A DNA stretch of 64,000 bases from a virus (Duplodnaviria > Caudoviricetes). Positions 47,800 to 57,048 of the stretch are shown here, in pieces. The notes under the pieces are model-generated. The model ran no database searches, was not told the DNA's origin, and worked only from the letters and a program-made list of their open reading frames with translations. The position numbers and the translations under genes were made by a program. The DNA is taken from IMG/VR virus record IMGVR_UViG_3300027808_002667, positions 1-64,000 of that record; one strand, 5' to 3'. How positions within the stretch are numbered: position 1 is the stretch's first letter; each line of letters opens with the position of its first letter.

Positions 47800-49086
47800 T
47801 TACATTAGGTTAATAACCTTAGTCTTACGATAATACTGATTGCGGCCTGCTGTAAATCTATCAGCATCTGCATCAGATAAAGAATCGCTAGATGTAACGT
47901 ATGGGTTAGCAATTAAACCGTAACGTGTCTTGAAGCCAATCTTTGGCTGGAAGCTGTTAGGATCAATTGCACGAACCATTTGTAAAGGAACATATGGGCA
48001 GTAGAACATACCTGCGTCATATGGGCTAGAACCCTTATAACCAACCATGTAAAACTGATTAGAAGCGCCTAGGTTTGCAGAATACGGATCAATGTAAACA
48101 CGATAGCGTCCGTTTAGAACACCTGCGAATGTATTGCCTGTATCGTCAACAGTTAGACCTGTGCTCAAAGCTGGAGTGTAGTCTAGAACACCAGACATAG
48201 CTAATGCACTTGCAACGTCTGCAGAGCAAACGATGAAGTTACCTTTACCACGACGTGTGTCTTGTGCAATGTGGTTAGCATCACGTTCAATGTTGAACAA
48301 TAGACCTTTGAAACGCTCTACAGACCAACGACCATTAGAATCAACGTCTAAGTCGAATGTGCCGGCAGTTGCTGTTGCTGGAGAACCGTTCTTTGCAACT
48401 TTGTAAATTGTACGAACAACTTCGCGATTAATTTCAAACATAAACTCTTGTGACAAGATGTTTGATAATTCTGCTTCTGCGTCAAGACCGTGAATTGCTT
48501 TCAAGTCTTGTGCCAATTCAACTGTATATTCAGCTTTCAGTGCACGAGATTTTGCAGTAACTGTTGTTTTGTCAATAGAGAAAGACATTTCGCCGAAAGT
48601 ATCTTGACCTTCCATTGAACCTGTTGTTGTAGCGTTACCAGTGTTGTATGTTCCAAATACTGGGTTATTGCCTGTTGCGTCTTGCATAGAGCTAGAGAAA
48701 GAAGTATTTGCCTCATTGTACAATGCTTCTTTTCTTGTCGATGTGTTGTTACGCTCTGAACCATATATAGAACGCATTGCAAAGATCAAGCCTGTTGGAC
48801 CTGTCATTGGCTGTACACCGCAAATGTCATATGCCATTAGGTTAGGCATTGCACGACGTACTAAACCGATCATGATCGGGTCATACTTGTCAATACCGCT
48901 AGTAGCAGAAATGTTGTTTGTTGGAGCTGCCTCAAACAATGCATTACGCTCTTCACGTAATGAACGCTCTTGGTTCTCTAACAATACAGACGTTACTTGA
49001 CGTTTGTAGCTGTCTTTAATTGGAGGAAGGTCTGGGTGATCCAGAATTGCTTCCCATTTCTTTTGGTAGTTTTCGGATAAAAACAT
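47800..49086 (-). CDS. gp23: Major capsid protein
   Basis: LVRRAMPNL, GVQPMTGPTGLIFA, SRALKAEYTVELAQDLKAIHGLDAE, QPKIGFKTRYG. Confidence 0.97.
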   Translation of the reverse strand: MFLSENYQKKWEAILDHPDLPPIKDSYKRQVTSVLLENQERSLREERNALFEAAPTNNISATSGIDKYDPIMIGLVRRAMPNLMAYDICGVQPMTGPTGLIFAMRSIYGSERNNTSTRKEALYNEANTSFSSSMQDATGNNPVFGTYNTGNATTTGSMEGQDTFGEMSFSIDKTTVTAKSRALKAEYTVELAQDLKAIHGLDAEAELSNILSQEFMFEINREVVRTIYKVAKNGSPATATAGTFDLDVDSNGRWSVERFKGLLFNIERDANHIAQDTRRGKGNFIVCSADVASALAMSGVLDYTPALSTGLTVDDTGNTFAGVLNGRYRVYIDPYSANLGASNQFYMVGYKGSSPYDAGMFYCPYVPLQMVRAIDPNSFQPKIGFKTRYGLIANPYVTSSDSLSDADADRFTAGRNQYYRKTKVINLM

Positions 49087-49126
49087 TTATGTCTCCTTGT
49101 TGTGACTGTTTTAAATAACTTTTACT

Positions 49127-49134
49127 TATTTATA
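49127..49134 (-). promoter_or_regulatory. T4-type late promoter TATAAATA upstream of gp23
   Basis: Exact consensus. Confidence 0.75.
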
Positions 49135-49136
49135 AG

Positions 49137-50264
49137 TTATTGTCTTTTGATTGTTCTCGATAAGGCATTTGCATAAGCTGAAACAACATCGTTGCTTTGC
49201 GTGAAGCTAGCTGGCGTGTCAGTCTCCTCTGTTAGCGCTTGCTTGGCTGTCTCTTTAATTACAGCGTCGCGTGGAAAATAATTTTCCTTAATAACAGAAA
49301 CTTTTTCTTTGTAGATTTCTTCATTCTCGAAATCGACACCTTCTAAAAGTTTTGTCAATTTATTTACTTCAGTATCTGCCAAATCCTTAGCCATTTCCTT
49401 AATAATAAGTTTGCGCTTTAGTTCTGTTACTGAAGTATTTAAGCCAACATTGTTTTCTACTTGACCATTTAGGCTTTCTTCCAACTCTGTTACCTTAGCT
49501 TGTAATTCACCTATTACATCATATTTTTCCTCAGGCACTTCAATATAGTGTTCTTTGAAGAGCGCCTTAAGACCTGTCATAAAGTCTTCAGCGATTTCAC
49601 CGCGAAGACCATTTTCTACTGCCAATTTATTTTCTTCTATGTAATTTTCAACTACATAGTTAAGATATGCATCTACTTTTTCAACAATGCTTTCCTTATA
49701 CTCAAGGAATTCTTCAGCATATTTTTCTTCAAGTGATGCTGCAACTTTTTCCATTTCATTATTAACGCGAGCAATAACTGCTGCTTCAAAAATGGATGTT
49801 GCTTTTTGTCTAAAATCTTCTGAAAGTTCTTCGCCAAAGATTGGAGAAAGATCGATAGGTTCAACTATTGATTCTTCTGTAGTCTCTTCTTCAGACACAA
49901 CTTCTGCAGATTCATCAGTTTCTTCATCTTCATGAATACCCGTGTTCTGTGGGATAGTTGAAAGATCTTTTACTGTTGTGAAGTTAGGTGCATCGCCGAC
50001 CGGACCCTTCATTGCAATAGTATTTTTAGAAATACCCTTTGCAGTAATAGCTCCTTGGTTTACATCTTTCTCTTCACGATCTTCGTGACTTGCAGATTCC
50101 GAATCACCCTGTTTAGGGTTTGCTGTGTCGCCAGAATTGGCGGGCTTGATTGTGGAATCTTTTCCGCTAGTTGGAACCATTGGTCCTGCGCCCTCATTAA
50201 CTTCCTGCGAAGTCTTAACAGAAACGCGTTCTAGCAATTCCTTAACTTTACTTTCTACTGACAT
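49137..50264 (-). CDS. gp22: Prohead core scaffold protein
   Basis: FRQKATSIFEAAV, VDAYLNYVVENY, GLKALFKEHYI; acidic; synteny. Confidence 0.9.
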   Translation of the reverse strand: MSVESKVKELLERVSVKTSQEVNEGAGPMVPTSGKDSTIKPANSGDTANPKQGDSESASHEDREEKDVNQGAITAKGISKNTIAMKGPVGDAPNFTTVKDLSTIPQNTGIHEDEETDESAEVVSEEETTEESIVEPIDLSPIFGEELSEDFRQKATSIFEAAVIARVNNEMEKVAASLEEKYAEEFLEYKESIVEKVDAYLNYVVENYIEENKLAVENGLRGEIAEDFMTGLKALFKEHYIEVPEEKYDVIGELQAKVTELEESLNGQVENNVGLNTSVTELKRKLIIKEMAKDLADTEVNKLTKLLEGVDFENEEIYKEKVSVIKENYFPRDAVIKETAKQALTEETDTPASFTQSNDVVSAYANALSRTIKRQ

Positions 50265-50299
50265 TAGAGTCTCCTAAATGTATGAATGTTCTCAATCTA

Positions 50300-50307
50300 T
50301 ATTTATA
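50300..50307 (-). promoter_or_regulatory. T4-type late promoter TATAAATA upstream of gp22
   Basis: Exact consensus. Confidence 0.75.
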
Positions 50308-50314
50308 AGTTTTA

Positions 50315-50965
50315 TTACCTAGACAATTGATTGACGAATTGTTCAAAAATTTGTAATTTAACTTCGTCTAAATTCTTAGCTGAAGTCTTCCTTATTTGCT
50401 TTTGTGCATTTTCAATTTGTATTGCTTTCCACACGCCATTTTCAAGAATCCACTCCGCAGATTCCATGATTCCTTGAACAAAGGCGTCTGGGGCAGATGG
50501 GTCAGCAACAATGTCAACAGTTGCAAGGTGAAAATCGCCTTGTACTTCGTTGATTCCTTCGGAGTTCATTTTCAACGACCCTAAACCTCTTGTGGATACG
50601 CCTAACTGAACTTCATTTTCTATTAAATTCTTTGCTATAATTCCCATAGGTGTATCCAATATTTTGGCTCTACCTATAACATCATTACCTTCCATTCTTA
50701 GACTGGTAATAAGGTGGGAAACTTGATGTAAGTTGATTGAAGGATTCTCAGGATGACCTAACTCTCCTAATGAACGTTTTTGCCCAATAAGCTCTTGATA
50801 CTTTTGGACTTCTCGTTCCATAATACCTCTACCATAGGAACGATTGTTTCTATTTGGTTTTTCAGCTTGAGCAAAGATACCCTCAATAAAGATATTTTTT
50901 CCGCCACCCTGTTTGTCTTCTACAAGGTAGTGTAAATCTTGTGCGACTTCTTTAATTAATCTCAT
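50315..50965 (-). CDS. gp21: Prohead protease
   Basis: LGELGHP, GVSTRGLGS, DIVADPSAPDAFV. Confidence 0.95.
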   Translation of the reverse strand: MRLIKEVAQDLHYLVEDKQGGGKNIFIEGIFAQAEKPNRNNRSYGRGIMEREVQKYQELIGQKRSLGELGHPENPSINLHQVSHLITSLRMEGNDVIGRAKILDTPMGIIAKNLIENEVQLGVSTRGLGSLKMNSEGINEVQGDFHLATVDIVADPSAPDAFVQGIMESAEWILENGVWKAIQIENAQKQIRKTSAKNLDEVKLQIFEQFVNQLSR

Positions 50966-50977
50966 ATTAGTTCCTAA

Positions 50978-51358
50978 TTATTTTTTAGTCTGTTGGTCAG
51001 GTTCTATAAAGCCTGCAGGTTTAGATAAATGCAAATAAACTAATGAATTTGCTGGCATGGCAAGAGAAATATTAGAATTTGTATTTGATGTGTCAGCGAA
51101 TCCAAACATTTGTGTCATAGACCAATTATCATTTCCATTGAGGTATAATGTTGCTATACCATTGCGAGAAACAACAACTGGCGATGTACCTGATGTAGAC
51201 CACATCATACCTGTAATATTCATTTGAACATTTGGTTGATCTACAGTTTCATCTGATAGTTTTAGATCTAAACTAGTAATATTTGCTTGTCCATCGCCAA
51301 GAAGTTTTATGACTGCTTGTTGTCTAACTTTTTTAAGTACTGTACGTGTTACTGGCAT
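50978..51358 (-). CDS. Hypothetical protein in head gene cluster
   Basis: Co-oriented ORF between prohead core genes and gp21. Confidence 0.65.
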   Translation of the reverse strand: MPVTRTVLKKVRQQAVIKLLGDGQANITSLDLKLSDETVDQPNVQMNITGMMWSTSGTSPVVVSRNGIATLYLNGNDNWSMTQMFGFADTSNTNSNISLAMPANSLVYLHLSKPAGFIEPDQQTKK

Positions 51359-51370
51359 CTTAATATCCTA

Positions 51371-51961
51371 TTAATCTTTAACTTCTTTAGCATGATGCTT
51401 AGAAAGTTCGAATGTGAAATTTCCGCCTTGAACTGGCTTACCAGTATGAATAGCCTGATGCTTAACATTTGTACCGTGAATAGCATTGGCAACAGAAAGA
51501 TTGGCATGTGTGTGAATATGTCCCTCGGAGTCTTTTGTAACAACAAGCGGATCCTCGTGTGTTGTCTCAACTTCTTCATTGACATCTTTATTCGATTGCA
51601 TATAATCTCTAACTGTTGATATATAATCAGCACTTAAAGTAATTTTACTCTGTACCCATTCTGCAAGGTTAGTATTATCTTCTAACATATCATGCACAGT
51701 TTGAGCATTGGCAATAATAGATCTCAGTTGAGACTTGGCCATATCGCCTTCATAATCATACTCACGAGAATCTTTTGCCTCATTCGTTTTCTTTGCACCA
51801 TAAGATGCACCCAACGCCATACGAATACGTTCTTTTTTAGATTTGCCGGCAAACTTAGGATTATCCGAATGGACAAAATCGCTAATATATTTGCCCGTAG
51901 GATCAGAAGCCTTTAGCTTTTCTTCTAAAGTTTCTTCTCTGATACTATTAAACGTTTTCAT
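51371..51961 (-). CDS. Prohead core-like protein (gp68 position)
   Basis: Glu-rich multi-module protein (EYDYEGDMAKSQL...WVQSKIT); synteny. Confidence 0.6.
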   Translation of the reverse strand: MKTFNSIREETLEEKLKASDPTGKYISDFVHSDNPKFAGKSKKERIRMALGASYGAKKTNEAKDSREYDYEGDMAKSQLRSIIANAQTVHDMLEDNTNLAEWVQSKITLSADYISTVRDYMQSNKDVNEEVETTHEDPLVVTKDSEGHIHTHANLSVANAIHGTNVKHQAIHTGKPVQGGNFTFELSKHHAKEVKD

Positions 51962-52139
51962 TTTCTTGTTCTTCTACGTCTATTGTAGTTTTACCTATAG
52001 ATGATGCAATCTCTACTTTTCTAACATCAAGGGCATCAGAAATTTTATCTGCCATTGCGGTATTAAAATCTTGTAAAGCATCAGCTTGCTTGTTATTGAT
52101 AATATTATCAATCATGTTTTGAATAACTGTGGATTCCAT
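51948..52139 (-). CDS. Small prohead core protein (gp67 position)
   Basis: Acidic 63-aa ORF directly after the portal gene. Confidence 0.65.
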   Translation of the reverse strand: MESTVIQNMIDNIINNKQADALQDFNTAMADKISDALDVRKVEIASSIGKTTIDVEEQENENV

Positions 52140-52148
52140 AATTTTTCC

Positions 52149-53693
52149 TTACTGTGAATTATTTATAGGTTGTTGTTGTCCCGGTGGCATACCCGGCATT
52201 CCAATTTGCGGTGGAGGACCTTCATTCTCAATTTGTTTCTTCATTTCCTGAATCTCTTTATCAGACATTCTCAAAATATTTTTCATTACATAATCTTGAC
52301 TATAATATGCACCAACAAATGGTTGAACTTGATTTAATAAATCTACACGATTCCTCAAATTCTCAGCATTTTTCATTTCTTCAAAATATTGATCTTGTGC
52401 ATATCTATATTGAATGTCATCTTTAATTTGATTCCAGTCTTTATCTGTCAGAACACCCTTTAAAATTAATTGGGTTCTCAACATATCACCAAATATTTCA
52501 TTAAACTTTTTGCGAAGTCTTCCAACAAACTTGGCAAATTTTAATTCGTCTCTTGTTATCTCGGTTGCTCTACCAAAAGAAATACCAGTTTGCGGCTGCA
52601 TTCTAGAAAGAGGAACATTTAATGCCTGATATAATTTACCCTGAAAGTAATTAATATCTTCAATCTGTCCCAAATTTTCGCCGCCAGGTAATGTAGTAAT
52701 CTCAGTACCTCTGCCGCCTTCTCTTCTTGGCAACCAAAAATCTTCCAACATAGACATCATTTTACGATCATCTCGTATCTCGCCCGTATTAGAATCATAA
52801 ACGATCTTATTACGATAACGAGCCATGATATCTTTTAAATATTGCTCAGCTTTCAATTTAGGCAAATTGCCCACATCAATATAAAATATTCTTCTTTCAG
52901 GCGCTCTAGCCAATCTATAAATTACTAAAGCATCTTCCATCATCTTTAACTGATTCACAGGTTTAATGGCTTTATGTAAATGACTTAACACTACATTCTT
53001 ATCCAAATCCATAACCCCAGAAGGCACAAATGTTATAGCATCTGTTGCTATCTTAATACCTTGTGTTGGGTTATTTGCAGTATAACCCGGATTATATGTA
53101 ATACCTTTTTCATTATATAAGAAAAATTCTTCTACTGACTTGATAATTTCAACACCAGTCTTTTGATCTTTTTCTTTTTTAACTTCTCTGATCTTTTTAA
53201 TTTTTCTAGGATCTATAATCAATGTTTCCAAAATACCACGTTTTGGATTAGAAGTGTCTATAATCTTTTGAAAATAAATTCTCCCATCTATATACCATCT
53301 GCGAAAATAATCAAATCCTCTAGTATCAAATTCAATCAATTTGTAAATTACTTCAAATTCTTTAATGATACTATCTTTAATATCTTGAGGAATCTTAGAC
53401 TGATCCAAATTAATTTGTACTAATGCTTCATCATCAACTGCCGCAATAGCTTCAGTCAAAATTTCATCAATAGCTGCAGATGTATCTGAATACATTGCCG
53501 CTTCACGATATCGTGTAATAAGTTCATACTCAGATTTCGCTGTCGCATCTAGATCAACGTATGTGCCAAAATGCCCACCCGCTTGTACTGTTGATGCACC
53601 GTCGTCAGAAACAGGAGTAGCGAAACCTTGCAGTTTACGATCTATCTCATCTTCCCCACGACTAATATTAAAACCAAATAATTTAATTGCCAT
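52149..53693 (-). CDS. gp20: Portal vertex protein
   Basis: RRWYIDGR, YRLARAPERRIFYIDVGNLPK, EDFWLPRREGGRGTEI. Confidence 0.97.
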   Translation of the reverse strand: MAIKLFGFNISRGEDEIDRKLQGFATPVSDDGASTVQAGGHFGTYVDLDATAKSEYELITRYREAAMYSDTSAAIDEILTEAIAAVDDEALVQINLDQSKIPQDIKDSIIKEFEVIYKLIEFDTRGFDYFRRWYIDGRIYFQKIIDTSNPKRGILETLIIDPRKIKKIREVKKEKDQKTGVEIIKSVEEFFLYNEKGITYNPGYTANNPTQGIKIATDAITFVPSGVMDLDKNVVLSHLHKAIKPVNQLKMMEDALVIYRLARAPERRIFYIDVGNLPKLKAEQYLKDIMARYRNKIVYDSNTGEIRDDRKMMSMLEDFWLPRREGGRGTEITTLPGGENLGQIEDINYFQGKLYQALNVPLSRMQPQTGISFGRATEITRDELKFAKFVGRLRKKFNEIFGDMLRTQLILKGVLTDKDWNQIKDDIQYRYAQDQYFEEMKNAENLRNRVDLLNQVQPFVGAYYSQDYVMKNILRMSDKEIQEMKKQIENEGPPPQIGMPGMPPGQQQPINNSQ

Positions 53694-53714
53694 AATTTAA
53701 TTCACTTTATATTA

Positions 53715-54290
53715 TTAAGCCAAAGTTGTAATTGCGTCTACCAATTGTTGTGCAGGATTATTAGAAAATTCAAAAGTTTGATACTGGAAAGATACCGAGA
53801 ATGTCGATAACTGATCGTTGCTACCAAAGTCTAAACCAACTGCTCCCAATTCAACTGGGAAGGCGCCTATTAATTTATATTGTTTCAGAACTGCACCATT
53901 ACGGTCCAATTGAGAAATAAACATATCTGTTTGATATTGAGCAGGCTGTAATGCACCTGTTTTGTTTCCGAGATTTTCCATCCCGTTCATCCATTGTTCT
54001 ATAGCGGATCTAATAGTAAATCCGGAGTCATTTAGAACTGTGCATTGGAACGGAGCAAATTCTCTGTCGCCAGCCATCTTAATTAGACGTCCTCTGTAAT
54101 ATACAGGGGCAACACCAATGGTTTGCCCTGGTAATTCAGCTACACTAATTAAAAATGGGGACTTTGTTACGGCAGCTGCTCGCCCCGTAACATAGTTTGG
54201 AAATGTCAACTGAACCGCAAACTGATTGGGACGTGCCCCACCATTTGTTAGTTCCGATTTAAATCTCTCTACATTAAATGGTATTGCCAT
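53715..54290 (-). CDS. gp19: Tail tube protein
   Basis: GGARPNQF, ELPGQ, AGDREF, QLDRNG, GAFP. Confidence 0.93.
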   Translation of the reverse strand: MAIPFNVERFKSELTNGGARPNQFAVQLTFPNYVTGRAAAVTKSPFLISVAELPGQTIGVAPVYYRGRLIKMAGDREFAPFQCTVLNDSGFTIRSAIEQWMNGMENLGNKTGALQPAQYQTDMFISQLDRNGAVLKQYKLIGAFPVELGAVGLDFGSNDQLSTFSVSFQYQTFEFSNNPAQQLVDAITTLA

Positions 54291-54305
54291 TTCTTATACT
54301 CCTAT

Positions 54306-56978
54306 TTAGGCGCCGACTTCTTCAAACGACACGCCACTTCTTGTAGCTACAAAATTCAACTGAATAAAGTTGATTGCTCTTGCAGGCTTGATGAATATGT
54401 CCGCAACAAATTCATTACGGTCTACAACCGATCCTGGGTTATTCGTGTCATCACATATTACTCTAAAGTCTGTAATACCACGACGACCTTGCACATCTCT
54501 TAAGAATGGTTCAACAAGATTTCTAAATTGTGCTCTTGTGAATGGATCATTAAATTCAAATAATTGGAATTTAGATGCTGTAGAAATTGCTTTTTCTAAT
54601 ACGATAAACAATCTACGAACATTGATACGATCAAATGCACTTGGTCTTGCCAATAGAGTTTTATCTCCAAATAACAATGTTCCTTGTCCAGGGAATGTTA
54701 CTACTGGATTAATACCTTTCTTGTACAGATCATCTCTGTCTGTCTTAGTAGGTGAGAAAGCCAATTTAACAACATTCTTAATAACGCCTCTGTTATAGCC
54801 TGCAGGAGAGAACCAAGGATCAGCAATGTAATCTGTTCTTGCAGCTAAGCCTGCGACGTCACCATTTAATGGAACATAACGATATTTATCATTGTAACGA
54901 TCGTACTGATATTTCCAACCAGAATCCAATACCGCAAATGAGGAGCTTGTTAAAGTATCTCTATATGCCGCAATTTTACTTGCTTGGTTCGTAGTGTTAA
55001 CAACATCTGTATATGGAGGAGATACAAATACTACACAATCTCTTCTTGATTCAGCAATACCAATAACAGTATTAACTACACCAACATTTGTTGTAGGTCC
55101 CATTGGAATTAAGCTTACATCATATAATTCGTCATTGCTAAATAATTCGTAACCGGCCTGTATATTTGCTGCAGAAACAGATGAACCTGTTACGCCGCCA
55201 CTTAATGTAGTTGTGATATTTGCAGATAATGTTGCAAATGCTTTAGCTGAACCTGTTGTGCCCCAATTTGTACCTGCCGTTGGGTGATCTAACCAACTAA
55301 TATATCTAGATTGATTGTTAATTACATCTTTGTAATAATTTGTAGAATTGTCAGAATTCTTGGCATCCGATGCTTTAGAAACATATGAGAATTTTTCAAG
55401 AATTGTACCAGCAGTTCCTGTCCAGTCGCCATTTGCATCTACAACAATTACGTGTAATTCGTCTGCAGAACCGTTTCTAGCAGAAACCCAAGCCGATGTG
55501 CTTGGAGCAGAATTGAATTGGTTAGCATATTGCCAGCCTGTAAATGTATTAGAATCTGCAACTGATACTTTTAATGAATTGCCCAATGTTCCTGGATATT
55601 TAGCAATAAATTCCCCATATCCAAACCCACCTGTGCTATATTCGCTATCATATACATCTGAATTTTCAATTAATAATGCATCAAAAGATAGAGTTGCGTT
55701 TGCTGTTGCAGTACGATTTTGAGAATCAACGATTGTAACTGCAGGAACAGAAGTATATCCTGTACCGTTTCTCGTAATAGTAATACTATTAAGAGTGAAA
55801 CCAACTACTGCAATAGGATTTGCATTACTAGAAATAAATGCAGAATCGCCTAATACTGGAGTAATAATTACGTTGGGGGTAGATGTAAAACCCGAACCCG
55901 AATTCGTAACTGTGATACTACCTACTATTGCTTCTATTCTAGCAGTTGCGTTAGCAGTTGCACCACCTAAAAGATTATTTTTATTAATAGTAACATTTGG
56001 TGTAAAATTATAGCCACCAGCACCAATATTGATGATATTAATACTGTCAATAATACCGTAACCTAAATTAGCAGTTAAAACAGCACTAGTACCAGTGTTA
56101 CCATCTAAACGATTTAACACAATATTAGGTGCAGCGAGGTAACCGTTGCCATTATTTGTAATAGTGTAACCTGTAATAATATTGCCAGTAATAATAGGAT
56201 TCGCTGTTGCTTGTACGCCACCGGGCACTATCACGCCGCCAGAAATTGTAATATTACATGCTGTGCCTGCAGGTCCAAAATTTGAACCCGGGTTTGATAT
56301 TTGAATATCTTCTAACTTAAAGTGTATTACTAAATTTGCGCTTGCACTTGTTGACTGTTGATTTTGAATTACTACATTAGATAAACTATTATAGTTATTT
56401 CCTCCGTCTTGTACGTTGATTGCCCCAATGCCACCAGAAGTTAAAACAGCAATTGCTGTTGCGCCGGAACCGCCGCCGCCACTAACTGTGACTGTAGGTG
56501 TGGCAGAATATCCTGCGCCGCCAGTAGTTAAATTAATTGAATTAACTACACCGGTTGTTGATAGTACAGCATTTCCTAATGCTCTGGTACCACCTGCAGG
56601 TGCAGCAGCAAAAGTTACTGTTATATCAGCAGCTGATGCAAATGTGTTTGGTGTATTAGTAATTGTTACACCAGAAACTCTACCAGACGGTGTAGTAACG
56701 GCGTTTCTTGCAACAGATTTATCTGCAACTCTAACTAATTTTAAATTATTTCCATATGATAAAAAGTTTGCCGCTGTGAAAAAATAACCTGCAGTATCGT
56801 CATTTGGGTTGCCAAATTGTTCTACAAGATTTCTCTCCGTGTCTACGGTTGTAACTTTTTCCACCGGTCCCCATTGAAAGGCTCCCGAAAATGCTCCAGC
56901 AGAAGTTGCTACCGCGGGAACAACCGTACTTTTATCTTCCTCGGTAACTAAAACGCCAGGTGAAAGCTGAAATGCCAT
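54306..56978 (-). CDS. gp18: Tail sheath protein with ~330-aa repeat insertion
   Basis: SPGVLVTEED, FQWGP, WFSPAGYNRG, RINVRRLF, FIKPARAINFI. Confidence 0.95.
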   Translation of the reverse strand: MAFQLSPGVLVTEEDKSTVVPAVATSAGAFSGAFQWGPVEKVTTVDTERNLVEQFGNPNDDTAGYFFTAANFLSYGNNLKLVRVADKSVARNAVTTPSGRVSGVTITNTPNTFASAADITVTFAAAPAGGTRALGNAVLSTTGVVNSINLTTGGAGYSATPTVTVSGGGGSGATAIAVLTSGGIGAINVQDGGNNYNSLSNVVIQNQQSTSASANLVIHFKLEDIQISNPGSNFGPAGTACNITISGGVIVPGGVQATANPIITGNIITGYTITNNGNGYLAAPNIVLNRLDGNTGTSAVLTANLGYGIIDSINIINIGAGGYNFTPNVTINKNNLLGGATANATARIEAIVGSITVTNSGSGFTSTPNVIITPVLGDSAFISSNANPIAVVGFTLNSITITRNGTGYTSVPAVTIVDSQNRTATANATLSFDALLIENSDVYDSEYSTGGFGYGEFIAKYPGTLGNSLKVSVADSNTFTGWQYANQFNSAPSTSAWVSARNGSADELHVIVVDANGDWTGTAGTILEKFSYVSKASDAKNSDNSTNYYKDVINNQSRYISWLDHPTAGTNWGTTGSAKAFATLSANITTTLSGGVTGSSVSAANIQAGYELFSNDELYDVSLIPMGPTTNVGVVNTVIGIAESRRDCVVFVSPPYTDVVNTTNQASKIAAYRDTLTSSSFAVLDSGWKYQYDRYNDKYRYVPLNGDVAGLAARTDYIADPWFSPAGYNRGVIKNVVKLAFSPTKTDRDDLYKKGINPVVTFPGQGTLLFGDKTLLARPSAFDRINVRRLFIVLEKAISTASKFQLFEFNDPFTRAQFRNLVEPFLRDVQGRRGITDFRVICDDTNNPGSVVDRNEFVADIFIKPARAINFIQLNFVATRSGVSFEEVGA
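55690..56680 (-). repeat. About 7 degenerate IxxxNxGxGYxxxPxVxI beta-repeats inside gp18
   Basis: INLTTGGAGYSATPTV, ITNNGNGYLAAPNI, ITVTNSGSGFTSTPNV, ITITRNGTGYTSVPAV; boundaries approximate. Confidence 0.7.
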
Positions 56979-57029
56979 CTTCTTCTCCTTGATAATTTTA
57001 TAGATAGCTCTATAATATGATTTTCTATT

Positions 57030-57037
57030 TATTTATA
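57030..57037 (-). promoter_or_regulatory. T4-type late promoter TATAAATA upstream of gp18
   Basis: Exact consensus. Confidence 0.75.
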
Positions 57038-57048
57038 AGTATGTTCAT

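Noticed and set aside
55690-56680. Intein or intron in gp18
   Set aside because: No Hint or splice-junction motifs or endonuclease; insert is repetitive and in frame
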